A model generated the notes under the pieces. That model was not told where the DNA came from. It did no database searches and saw only the letters and a list, made by a program, of their open reading frames with translations. Below, piece by piece: positions 18,083-27,300 of a stretch of DNA of 64,000 nucleotides; the first letter of the stretch is position 1; the number at the start of each line of letters is the position of its first letter. The stretch lies in contig CBDDRX010000093.1 of the NCBI GenBank assembly GCA_965233165.1, positions 21,528 through 85,527 of the forward strand, read 5' to 3'. This DNA comes from an uncultured bacterium. Its GTDB lineage: Bacteria > Pseudomonadota > Gammaproteobacteria > Burkholderiales > SG8-39. The position numbers and the translations under genes were made by a program.

Positions 18083-18647
18083 CGAGGCCCTTCCAGCGGG
18101 CGAGCTTCGGCGAATGGATGCCGAAGAGGTCGAGGATCCGCGCGACCGTGTGCCCGACCATTTCGTCGAGCGACTTGAGGCGCGCATAGAACGCCGGCGC
18201 CGGCGGGTAGATCACGCCGCCCATCTCCGTCACCGCGACCATGTTGCGCAGGTGCGCGAGATTGAGCGGCGCCTCGCGCGTCAGGAGCACGAGGCGGCGG
18301 CGCTCCTTGAGCGTCACGTCGGCGGCGCGCGAGACGAGGTCGGCCGCGTGTGCGTGCGCAACCGCGGCGAGCGTCTTCATCGAGCACGGCGCGACCACCA
18401 TCCCCGCGGTGAGGAACGAGCCGCTCGCCAGTGCCGCGGCGATGTCCTTCGGGTGGTAGGCCGCGTGCGCGAGCTCCTCGATGGCCTTGCGCTTGAGCTT
18501 CAGCTCGTGCCAGGCGTTGAGCGCGCCCGCGTCCGTGAGGACGAGGTGGCTTTCCCATCCGCGCTGGCCCGCCAGGGCCTTCAGGAGCTCGACGCCGTAG
18601 ATCGCGCCGGTGGCACCGGTGATTCCGACGATGAGCCGTTTCGCCAT
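18072..18647 (-). CDS. ubiX: flavin prenyltransferase UbiX
   Basis: 191 aa. ITGATGAIYG, APCSMKTLA and LKERRRLVLLTREAPL are hallmark UbiX/Pad1 motifs. Confidence 0.9.
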   Translation of the reverse strand: MAKRLIVGITGATGAIYGVELLKALAGQRGWESHLVLTDAGALNAWHELKLKRKAIEELAHAAYHPKDIAAALASGSFLTAGMVVAPCSMKTLAAVAHAHAADLVSRAADVTLKERRRLVLLTREAPLNLAHLRNMVAVTEMGGVIYPPAPAFYARLKSLDEMVGHTVARILDLFGIHSPKLARWKGLDGG

Positions 18648-18664
18648 GCGGCCAAGGCTACCCG

Positions 18665-18672
18665 ATTAGAAT
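18665..18672. promoter_or_regulatory. overlapping divergent -10 elements ATTAGAAT (plus TAGAAT, minus TCTAAT)
   Basis: Located in the 31-nt gap between ubiX and the MFS gene. The plus-strand TAGAAT ends 6 nt before GTG 18679. Neither gene has a clear SD. Confidence 0.3.
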
Positions 18673-18678
18673 CGCGCC

Positions 18679-19899
18679 GTGAAACTCGTGCTCGCCGTCT
18701 TCTGCCCCTTCGCGGCGGGCTACTTCCTCTCGTACTTCTTCCGCAACATCAACGCGATCATCGCCAGGGACCTGGCGCAGGAGTTCTCGCTCGCCCCCTC
18801 CGACCTCGGGTTCCTCACCTCGATGTACCTGCTTTCGTTCGCGGCGATCCAGCTGCCGCTCGGGGTGCTGCTCGACCGCTATGGCCCGCGCCGCGTGGTT
18901 GCCGCCCTGCTCTGCGTCGCCGCAGGCGGGGCCTTGATCTTCGGCATGGCGCAGGACTTCGTCATGCTCTCCTTGGGCCGCGCGCTGATCGGCATCGGCG
19001 TCTCGGCGGGGCTGATGGGCGCGATCAAGGCGTTCACGCTCTGGTTCCCGCACTCGCGCCTCGCGACGCTGAACGGCATGTTCCTGGCGGTCGGCGGGCT
19101 GGGCGGGCTGTCCGCGACCGCGCCGGCCGAGGCGCTGATCGGCGAGTTCGGCTGGCGGGCGCTCTTCTACGGCATGTCGGCGCTGTCGCTGGCTGCGGCG
19201 GCAACTGTCTTCACGGTCGTGCCGGAGAAGAAGCTTCCCAGCACCGGCGAGACCCTTCGCGAGCAGTTCGCCGCGTTCGGCCGCATCTTCGCCTCGCTGC
19301 CGTTCTGGCGCATCGCCGCGGCGCTGGTGGTCACCCATGCCGTCTACCTGGCGCTGCAGGGCCTGTGGCTCGCCCCGTGGCTGGTCGACATCGCCGGCAT
19401 GGAGCGCCCGGCGGTGGCGCGCTACCTGCTGTACACGATCTTCGCGTACGTGGCGGGCTCGGTCGTGTTCGGCCTGTCGAGCGACCGGCTGGCGCGGGCC
19501 GGGATCCCGCGCATGACCGTCTACAAGCTGGGCCTGTGCGCCTGCGTCGCGACGTTCGGGCTGCTCGCGGCCGGGGTCACCACCGGCCTGGGCGCGATCC
19601 TCGCGGTCTACGGCTTCATGACGATCTCGGGCGCGCTCGCCTACCCGCTCATGACGGCGCTGTTCGGCCCGGAGATGACCGGGCGTGTGAACACCGCCTC
19701 GAACGTCCTGATGTTCGGCTGCTCGTTCGCGTTCCAATGGGGCATCGGCGCCGTGCTGCGCCTGTACCCTGCGGCCGGCGGGAGCTACTCGCCGCAGGGC
19801 TACGCGACCGCCTTCGCCCTCCTCGGCGCGCTGCAGCTCGCGGCCCTGCTCTGGCTCCTCCCGATGCGGGAGGACCGTGCGGCTCAGCCGCGCTTGTAG
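18679..19899 (+). CDS. MFS transporter
   Basis: 406 aa, GTG start, 12 TM, motif LLDRYGPRRV. Paralog of the MFS gene at 47585..48805. Confidence 0.85.
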   Translation: MKLVLAVFCPFAAGYFLSYFFRNINAIIARDLAQEFSLAPSDLGFLTSMYLLSFAAIQLPLGVLLDRYGPRRVVAALLCVAAGGALIFGMAQDFVMLSLGRALIGIGVSAGLMGAIKAFTLWFPHSRLATLNGMFLAVGGLGGLSATAPAEALIGEFGWRALFYGMSALSLAAAATVFTVVPEKKLPSTGETLREQFAAFGRIFASLPFWRIAAALVVTHAVYLALQGLWLAPWLVDIAGMERPAVARYLLYTIFAYVAGSVVFGLSSDRLARAGIPRMTVYKLGLCACVATFGLLAAGVTTGLGAILAVYGFMTISGALAYPLMTALFGPEMTGRVNTASNVLMFGCSFAFQWGIGAVLRLYPAAGGSYSPQGYATAFALLGALQLAALLWLLPMREDRAAQPRL

Positions 19900-20108
19900 A
19901 CGATCTTCTTCGCCCCGCCGCCGCAGGTGCCGACGACCTTGCCGTCGGCCTGCGCATCCTTGTCGACGATGTCGAGGGTGAACTTCTCGACGCCGTTCTT
20001 CTTGATCTTGGCGTCGATCTCGCCTTTCAGCTCGTCGCAGGACTTTCCCTGCGCCCAGGCCGACCCGGACATCCCCACCACCAGCGCCGCAACGATCAGC
20101 TTGCCCAT
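19884..20108 (-). CDS. DUF1161 domain-containing secreted protein
   Basis: Track ORF trimmed to ATG 20108 with SD GGGGA. 74 aa with a signal peptide (...SAWA) and the DUF1161-like pattern CDELKGEIDAKI...GKVVGTCGGGAKKIVYKRG. Confidence 0.75.
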   Translation of the reverse strand: MGKLIVAALVVGMSGSAWAQGKSCDELKGEIDAKIKKNGVEKFTLDIVDKDAQADGKVVGTCGGGAKKIVYKRG

Positions 20109-20131
20109 CGCTTCCCCCTTGAGATGCGTGT

Positions 20132-20365
20132 TCAGATGCGTTGAGAAATCCAGTAGAGCGCCGCGCAGCCGAGCGCGAGCGTGACGACCAGCGCCGGGCG
20201 GCCGTAGCGGCGGAACTTGCCGTCGCGCCGGAAATACAGGTTGCGCACCAGGTCGTCGCGGCCGCCGGCCCACAGCCAGTCCGGGCCCGCCTTGTCGACG
20301 ACCACGGGATTGAAGATCCCGAGCAGGAAGGAAAAGAATGTCCCCACGACCACGCCTGCGACCAC
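20132..20365 (-). CDS. small membrane protein (77 aa, two predicted TM helices)
   Basis: GTG start preceded by SD GGGAGGGG. G/C-ending codons throughout. Lies 23 nt upstream of the DUF1161 gene. No family recognised. Confidence 0.5.
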   Translation of the reverse strand: MVAGVVVGTFFSFLLGIFNPVVVDKAGPDWLWAGGRDDLVRNLYFRRDGKFRRYGRPALVVTLALGCAALYWISQRI

Positions 20366-20426
20366 CGCCCCTCCCGAAAAATCCTGTAGCTTGTAGCGGC
20401 GGATTATAGTTGCCTATCGCGATTTC

Positions 20427-20454
20427 GTCGCTGTCCGCGGTTCCCGACAGCGGC
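20427..20454 (+). promoter_or_regulatory. 5'-leader hairpin upstream of the MetE-like gene
   Basis: CGCTGTC (20429-20435) pairs with GACAGCG (20446-20452) around a 10-nt loop, extendable by G-U and G-C pairs. The hairpin ends 6 nt before SD CAGGAG (20461-20466). Confidence 0.25.
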
Positions 20455-20473
20455 CTTCCACAGGAGCGGCAGA

Positions 20474-21502
20474 ATGTTCAAGACCACCCTCGCGGGAAGC
20501 CTGCCCAAGCCGGGCTGGCTCGCCGAGACCGGCAAGCTCTGGCCCACCTGGCGCGCTTCCGGCGCGGACCTCGAGCGGGCGAAGCGCGACGCCACGCTCC
20601 TCTGGCTGAAGGAGCAGGAGGACGCCGGCCTCGACATCGTCAGCGACGGCGAGCAGTCGCGGCAGCATTTCGTGCACGGGTTCCTCGAGGCGGTGGAGGG
20701 CATCGACTTCGAGCACAAGGTGAAAATGGGCATCCGCAACAACCGCTACGACGCCATGGTGCCGCTCGTCGTCGGGCCGCTTCGGCTCAAGGGGCGAGTC
20801 CACCAGAAGGAAGCGCTCCTTCTTAGAAAGCATTCCAAGAAAAAAATCAAGATGACGCTGCCTGGGCCGATGACCATCGTCGATACGCTCGCCGACCGGC
20901 ACTATGGAGACAAGCAGAAGCTCGCGATGGCCTTCGCGGCGCTGCTGAACGAGGAGGCGCGGGCGCTGGAGAAGGACGGCGTCGACGTGATCCAGTTCGA
21001 CGAGCCCGCCTTCAACGTCTACATGCAGGATGTGAAGGCTTGGGGGATCACGGCCCTGGATCGCGCGTTGCGCGGCCTGAAATGCACCACGGTGGTCCAC
21101 ATCTGCTACGGCTACGGCATCAAGGCGAACCTCGACTGGAAGGAGACGCTCGGCTCCGAGTGGCGCCAGTACGAGGAGATCTTCCCGGCGATCGCGAAGA
21201 GCAAGGTGAAGCAGGTGTCGCTGGAGTGCATGCACTCGCGCGTGCCGATGGAGCTGATGAAGCTGCTGAAGGGCAAGGACCTGCTGGTGGGCGTGATCGA
21301 CGTCGCGAGCGACGTGGTCGAGACCCCTGCGGAGGTGGAAAAGACGATCCTCAAGGCCGCGAAGCTCGTCCCCGCCAGCCGGATCTTCCCCTGCACCAAC
21401 TGCGGCATGGCCCCCATGGACCGCGAGATTGCGGTCGCGAAGCTGCACGCCCTCGTGGCCGGCGCCGAGCGGGCGCGGAAGAAGCTGAAGTCAGGAAGGT
21501 GA
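20474..21502 (+). CDS. cobalamin-independent methionine synthase family protein (MetE catalytic-domain-only type)
   Basis: 342 aa with motifs IVSDGEQSRQHF, IQFDEPAF, HICYG and a C-terminal NCGM zinc-ligand region. Confidence 0.85.
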   Translation: MFKTTLAGSLPKPGWLAETGKLWPTWRASGADLERAKRDATLLWLKEQEDAGLDIVSDGEQSRQHFVHGFLEAVEGIDFEHKVKMGIRNNRYDAMVPLVVGPLRLKGRVHQKEALLLRKHSKKKIKMTLPGPMTIVDTLADRHYGDKQKLAMAFAALLNEEARALEKDGVDVIQFDEPAFNVYMQDVKAWGITALDRALRGLKCTTVVHICYGYGIKANLDWKETLGSEWRQYEEIFPAIAKSKVKQVSLECMHSRVPMELMKLLKGKDLLVGVIDVASDVVETPAEVEKTILKAAKLVPASRIFPCTNCGMAPMDREIAVAKLHALVAGAERARKKLKSGR

Positions 21503-22792
21503 GCCGGCGGGCCAGGTGAGATCGGCCTTCGTATAAGGGATCGACACGAGGGCATCCGCCGGGATCGGCGGCATGGAGGCATGCCATGCCTCGTATTTCG
21601 CCTTGAGCTTCTCGAACGCTTCGGCCTCGCGCCGCCGGTAGTTCGCCCGCTCCCGCGGATCCCGCTCCAGGTCGAACAGGAACTCGTCGCCTTCGACGGA
21701 AAGATACTTCCACTTGCCGATGCGGGCGGCTCGCTGCTGGCGGAAATTCATCCGCCAGTACAGCTCGCGTTGCATGGTCTTCCCTTGAAAAACGGGAAGA
21801 AGCGAAAGGCCATCGGGCGGATAGCCGGGATCCGGAGAAACGCCGGCGGCCTCGAGGAACGTCGGGACCCAGTCCATCGTGATCGCGTGCTGCGCGGTCA
21901 CGCCGCCCGCTTTCACGCGCGCCGGCCAGCGCACGATGTAGGGGACGCGGATGCCGCCCTCGAGGAGGTCCATCTTCTTGCCCACGAGCGGCCAGGTATC
22001 CGAGAAGCGCTCCCCGCCGTTGTCGCTGGTGAACACGACGATCGTGTCGCGGTCCGCGCCGCTGTCCTTCAGCGCCTGCAGGACGCGGCCGATCCCCTCG
22101 TCCATGTGGCGGATCATCGTCAGGTAGGTCGCGACCGACCCGCCGTCCGTGTGGACGATCTTTGCAATGCGCTTCGACTCGGCCTCGTCCGCGCGCGTTT
22201 CCCAGGGCCAGTGCGGCGCGGTGTAGTGCAGCGAGAGGAGGAACGGCTTGCCCTTCTGCCGGGTGACGAACTGCGCCGCGCGCTCGGAGAGGAGGTCGGT
22301 GAGGTAGCCCGGGCGCTGCACTTCCTCCTCGCCGTCGTAGAGGTCGTGCACGCCGTCCGTTCCGCGATGCGTGAAGTAGTCGACCGCCCCGGAGAGCGGG
22401 CCGAAGAACTCCTGGTAGCCGCTCTTCAGCGGGTGGAATTTCGGCGCGTAGCCGAGGTGCCACTTGCCGATGAGCGCGGTCGCGTAGCCCGCGTCGCGCA
22501 GCAGCGAGGCGAGCGTCGGATGCTCCGGCGGCAGGCCGAGCACCGGGCTGCCCTTCGCCTTGCTGCCGATCGGCTCGTCCGCGCCGCCGCGCAGCCGGTA
22601 CTGCCAGCGCCCGGTCGCCGCGGCGAAGCGCGTCGGCGAGCAGACCGGCGAGTTCGCGTAGCCATCGGTGAAGCGCAGCCCTTCCTGCGCCATCAAGTCG
22701 AGCACCGGACTGCAATGCCCTCGCCCGCCGTAGCAACCGAGGTCCGCGTAGCCGAGGTCGTCGGCCAGGATGAAGATGAAATTCGGCGTCAC
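21491..22792 (-). CDS. sulfatase (Cys-type, formylglycine-dependent)
   Basis: 433 aa, GTG start. Contains ILADDLGYADLGCYG and the CSPTR (C-x-P-x-R) signature. No signal peptide seen. Confidence 0.9.
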   Translation of the reverse strand: MTPNFIFILADDLGYADLGCYGGRGHCSPVLDLMAQEGLRFTDGYANSPVCSPTRFAAATGRWQYRLRGGADEPIGSKAKGSPVLGLPPEHPTLASLLRDAGYATALIGKWHLGYAPKFHPLKSGYQEFFGPLSGAVDYFTHRGTDGVHDLYDGEEEVQRPGYLTDLLSERAAQFVTRQKGKPFLLSLHYTAPHWPWETRADEAESKRIAKIVHTDGGSVATYLTMIRHMDEGIGRVLQALKDSGADRDTIVVFTSDNGGERFSDTWPLVGKKMDLLEGGIRVPYIVRWPARVKAGGVTAQHAITMDWVPTFLEAAGVSPDPGYPPDGLSLLPVFQGKTMQRELYWRMNFRQQRAARIGKWKYLSVEGDEFLFDLERDPRERANYRRREAEAFEKLKAKYEAWHASMPPIPADALVSIPYTKADLTWPAGSPS

Positions 22793-22861
22793 CGCGCCGA
22801 TCGTACCTTCATCAGCGCAGCCCGGAGGTGGCGACGAACTGTTTCCAGCGCCCCGGCCGGC

Positions 22862-23320
22862 CTAGCGGGCGGGCTGCTTCTCGTAGGTCGCGATGGCGTT
22901 CTTGAGGTCTCGATACTCCCGGCAGGAGAAGAGGCACAGCTTGTCGAGCTGCGCGAGGTGCTCCTTCGCCTTGGCGACGTTCTTCACCATCAGGTAGGCC
23001 TCGCCGATGTACTCGTGCGCGCCCTTGTGCTTCGGCTCGAGCGAGAGCGCCTGGTTGTAGTGCCTGAACACCAGGCTCATGTCCGGGTTCGCCCCCTTGC
23101 GGACGCTGTAGGCATAGAGGTTGTGGTAGTCCGCGCTCTTCGGATCCCTGCCGATCGCCTCGCGCAGCGTCGCCTGCGCCGCGGTCCAGTCCTGGCGCGC
23201 AATGGCGGCGCGGGCGTTCTCCAGGCCGGGATCCGAGACGACCTCGGGACCGGAATCCGCCGCGAACGCGGGACCGGTCAGGGCGAGCAGCAGGCCTGCA
23301 GCGAAAATGGCGGTTCTCAC
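22862..23320 (-). CDS. secreted TPR-like repeat protein
   Basis: 152 aa, GTG start with SD GGAGGG, signal peptide (...GPAFA). TPR-like helical repeats and two Cys near the C-terminus. Confidence 0.7.
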   Translation of the reverse strand: MRTAIFAAGLLLALTGPAFAADSGPEVVSDPGLENARAAIARQDWTAAQATLREAIGRDPKSADYHNLYAYSVRKGANPDMSLVFRHYNQALSLEPKHKGAHEYIGEAYLMVKNVAKAKEHLAQLDKLCLFSCREYRDLKNAIATYEKQPAR

Positions 23321-23379
23321 GGGGCGTCCCTCCGGGTCATGGGAATGGGAACACTTACGGCCGGCAGCCTATTCCGGAT

Positions 23380-23694
23380 TCACGCCAGGAGCCAGTACAG
23401 CGCGACGGCGCATGCCACCGTGGCGAGGAGGCTGCGCGTCCAGGCGGCGACGGCGAACGCGGCGGCGATGCCGGCGAGGGAAGGAAGGTGCAGCGCCAGC
23501 GCCTTGCCGCCGGGCATGAGCACCTCGATCGCCGCCAGCGCCCCGAGCACCGCGACCGGCACGAACCTCAGCCAGTCGAGGAGCCACGGCGGCAGGGCGA
23601 AGCGCGAGAGCAGGACGAGCGGCAGCACGCGCGGCACGGCCGTGACGAGCGCGCAGGCGAGCACGAGGCTCAGGAACTCGGGACGGATTTCCAT
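23380..23694 (-). CDS. AzlD-family branched-chain amino acid exporter small subunit
   Basis: Track ORF trimmed to ATG 23694 (MEIRPEFLSLVLACALVTAVPRVLP...). 104 aa, 3-4 TM. Overlaps the AzlC 3' end by 25 nt. Confidence 0.8.
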   Translation of the reverse strand: MEIRPEFLSLVLACALVTAVPRVLPLVLLSRFALPPWLLDWLRFVPVAVLGALAAIEVLMPGGKALALHLPSLAGIAAAFAVAAWTRSLLATVACAVALYWLLA

Positions 23695-24386
23695 CGCTGC
23701 AGGAAAAGGCCGAAGCTCGCCGCGAGCACCGTGGCGCCGACGACCGCCCAGGGTCCGGGCCGGGCGAGCTGGAGGGCGACGCCGGCCGCGGCGGCGAGCA
23801 GCGCGACGGCGACCGCGGCCCGGGCGTTGCCGCGGATCTGCAGCACCAGCAGGCCGGCGAACATCGCCGGGAGCGCGAAAGCAAGCGGCCGGGTATCGGT
23901 GGCGAGGTTCGCGAGCGCCGCGCCGGCGAGGTTGGCGACCGCCCAGGCGGTCCAGGCGGCGAGGTTGAGCCCGGCCATCCACGCGGGCGCGATCTTCTCC
24001 TTCGCGGAGGCCACGACGAATGTCTCATCGGTGAGCTGCAGGCCCAACAGCGCGCTCTTCCACGCGGCTACGCCGCGCAGCGCAGGCGCCACGGCGGCGG
24101 ACAGCAGGAGGTGCCGGAGATTGAGGAAGAACACCGTCGGGACGATGGCGGATGGCGGCGCGCCGAGCGCGAGCATGCTGGTGACGACGAACTGCGCCGA
24201 CCCGGCGTACAGGACGGTGGAGAGGAGCAGGATCTCGGCGTAGGACATGCCCGCCGCGCGCTCGACCACGCCGGCGGCGAAGCCGATGCCGAGATAGCCC
24301 AGCACGACCGGCAGGCCGGCACGAGCACCGTGAAGGAAGGCTTCTTTCAAGAAGCTACAGGAAGTCCTTCGCCGCGGTGTCCGCAT
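23670..24386 (-). CDS. AzlC-family branched-chain amino acid exporter
   Basis: 238 aa with AzlC-like motifs (GSAQF, FLNLRH). ATG 24386 overlaps the upstream stop by 32 nt. TTG 24350 is an alternative non-overlapping start. Confidence 0.85.
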   Translation of the reverse strand: MRTPRRRTSCSFLKEAFLHGARAGLPVVLGYLGIGFAAGVVERAAGMSYAEILLLSTVLYAGSAQFVVTSMLALGAPPSAIVPTVFFLNLRHLLLSAAVAPALRGVAAWKSALLGLQLTDETFVVASAKEKIAPAWMAGLNLAAWTAWAVANLAGAALANLATDTRPLAFALPAMFAGLLVLQIRGNARAAVAVALLAAAAGVALQLARPGPWAVVGATVLAASFGLFLQRWKSVPSS

Positions 24387-27300
24387 CCACGGGGCGCCCG
24401 GTCAGGTAGCCCTGGACGTGCTCGCAGCCGAAGCCGCGCAGGAACTGGCGCTGCCCTTCGGTCTCCACCCCTTCGGCGACGACCTTGAGGCCGAGCACCT
24501 GCGCGAGGGCGATGATCGCCGCGACGATGGCGCGGTGGTCGCCGTTCTGCTCCACCTCGCTGATGAAGGAGCGGTCGATCTTCAGGGTGTTCACCGGGAA
24601 GAGCTTCAGGTAAGAGAAGCGCGAGTAGCCGGTGCCGAAGTCGTCGATGGCGATCGAGACCCCGAGCTCCTTCAGCTTCTTCAGCGTGCTCATGGTCGCG
24701 TCGGTGTGCTGCATCGCGGTCGACTCGGTGATCTCCAGCTCGAGGAGGTGGGCCGGCAGGCCGGACGTCTTGAGCGCCTTCGCCACGAGGCTGACCAGGC
24801 GCGGGTCGTTGAACTGCCGCGGCGACAGGTTCACCGCCACCGGCAGCCCGCGCTCGACGCCGATGAAGGTCGCCCAGCGGCAGGCCTCCTTGAGCATCCA
24901 CTCGCCGATCTTCAGGATGAGGCCGGTGTGCTGGGCGATCTGGATCAACTCGGCCGGGCCGACCAGGCCGCGCTCCGGGTGCTGCCAGCGCACGAGCGCC
25001 TCGTGCGCCACGATCTTGCCCGAGCCCGCCTCGACGATCGGCTGGAAGTGCACGCGCAGCTCGCCCCGCGTCACGGCACGGCGCAGGTCGTTCTCCAGGA
25101 CGAGGCGGCGCGAGGCCGAGAGGTTCATCTGCTCGGTGAAGAACTGGTAGTTCGAGCGGCCCTGCTCCTTGGCGTGGTACATCGCCGCGTCGGCGTTGCG
25201 GATCAGCGCCTCGGCGTCGCGCCCGTCCTCCGGGAACACGGCGATGCCGATCGACGGCGTGACGGTGAGCTCGCGCTCCTCGACGCGGATCGGCTGCGAC
25301 AGGTTCTCGATGATCTTCTGCGCGACGTTGGCCGCGTCGGCCGAGCGCTTGATCTCGGGCAGCACGACGACGAACTCGTCCCCGCCGGTGCGGCAGATGG
25401 TGTCCACGACGCGCAGCTGCTTGACCAGGCGCGCCGCGACCTCCTTGAGGATCACGTCGCCCACCGAGTGGCCGAGCGAGTCGTTGATGGTCTTGAAGCG
25501 ATCGAGGTCGACGAACATCACCGCGGTCTGCTTGCGGTTGCGGTAGCTGAGCGCGAGCGCCTGGCCGAGGCGGTCCTCGAGCAGGCGCCGGTTCGGCAGC
25601 CCGGTCAGCGCGTCATGGTCGGCGAGGTGCCGGGCGCGCTCCTCGGCTTTCTTCAGCTCCGCGGTGCGCTCGGCCACGGCGCGCTCGAGCATGTCGAGCG
25701 CCTCGCGCTCGGCGGTCACGTCCTCGAAGCTCCAGATCCACTCCTGCTCGACCGTGTCGCCGGCGTCGATGCGCCGGCCGCGCGTGCGGCAGAGGAACGT
25801 GCTGCCGTCGGAGCGCTTGAAGCGCTCCTCCGAGTCGTGCGCGCCCCCCGGCGCGGTGCGGGCGTAGGCGATGCGACCGGCCTCCTTCCACGCCGCGTCG
25901 CTCGCGAAAAGCACCGCCGTGCTCTGGCCGACCAGGTCGCCCGGGCCGCAGCGCACCATCTCCTCGAGGTAGCGGTTGCAGCGCTGCACGACGCGGTTGC
26001 GGATGAAGGCGATGCCGACCGTGGCGTTGTCGAGGATCAGCTCCTCCTCGGCGAGCGCGCGCCGCACGCGCTCCTCCGCGGCGCGCTCCTGCGTGATGTC
26101 CTCGAACAGCCAGACCGAGCCCTGCGCCGGGTCGCCGGGGCGCACCGCCCTGCCCGACACCGAGCACCAGATCGCCGTGCCGTCGCGGCGCACGTACTGC
26201 CGCTCCAGCCGCGTGGTCTCGCCGTTCCAGATCGGGTCGTACACTTCGCCGCCCTCGAGGTACTCCTGTTCCCCGGCGAACATGAAGCGCGTCGTGCCGC
26301 CGAGCAGCTCGCCCTTGTCGTAGCCGAAGATCTCCTCGAAGCGCCGGTTGCAGCGCACGACCTGCCGGTCCTTGAGGAAGGCGATGCCGATCAGCGCGTT
26401 CTGCAGCACCGCCTCCTGCTCGCGCACCGCGCGCTCGAGCGCCTCGTCGGCGCGCTTCCTCTCGGTGACGTCCTCGAGCAGCCAGACGTAGCCCTTCGAC
26501 GGGTCGCCGGGCTGGACCGCGCGGCCGCTGATGCGGCACCAGAAGCCCGAGCCGTCCTGGCGGCGCAGCCACTGCTCGCGCGTGCCGGTGCGGCCGAGGA
26601 CGATCTCGGCGTACTCGCGCCGGGCGCGGTCGTATTCCTCGTCGGTGAAGTAGATGTCGCGGCTCGGGCTGCCGACCGCGGCGCCGGGGCCGTAGCCGAA
26701 CATCTCCTCGTAGCGCCGGTTGCAGCGCACGGTCTTCCGGTCGCGCGTGTACTTGATCCCGACCACCACGTTGTTGAGCAGCGCCTGCTGCTCGGCGAGC
26801 ACGCGCTGCAGCTCGTCCTCGGCGCGCCGCTGCTCGGTGACGTCCTCGACGATCCATACCGAGCCCTTGTGCGGCTCCTCCGGATCGACCGCGCGGCCGT
26901 CGGCGCGGTTCCAGAACGTGCTGCCGTCCTTGCGCCGGCGCAGCTCCACGCGGCGCGCGGTCTGGCCGCGCGCCAGGTGCGCGTAGGCGAACTGCGCCTT
27001 CGCGTAGTCGTCGTCGCTCGCGTAGAGCAGCGACGTGGGCTGGCCGTCGAGCTCGCCCGGGGCGTAGCCGTACATCTCCTCGTAGCGCCGGTTGCAGCGC
27101 ACGATGGCGCGGTCCTTGACGAAGACGATGCCGATGGACGCGGTGCCGAGGATCGCCTGCTGCTCGCGCAGCAGGCGCTGGATCTCGTTCGCGTGGCGCT
27201 TGCGATCGGTGATGTCCTCGACGATCCATACCGTGCCCTGCGGCGTGTCGGCCGGATCGATCGCCTTCGCGATCATGCGCGCGAGGAAGGTGGAGCCGTC

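Noticed and set aside
20366-20473. Cobalamin or SAM riboswitch upstream of the MetE-like gene
   Set aside because: The leader is only about 57-100 nt. I saw no B12-box-like core and could not match SAM-II features. Only a simple hairpin is supportable.
21491-22792. Sulfatase lacking a signal peptide and an adjacent maturase as an anomaly
   Set aside because: Cytoplasmic-looking Cys-type sulfatases with an unlinked formylglycine-generating enzyme are common, so this is not informative on its own.
21581-23968. 795-aa plus-strand ORF
   Set aside because: It is antisense to the sulfatase, TPR and AzlCD genes and is a high-GC artefact.
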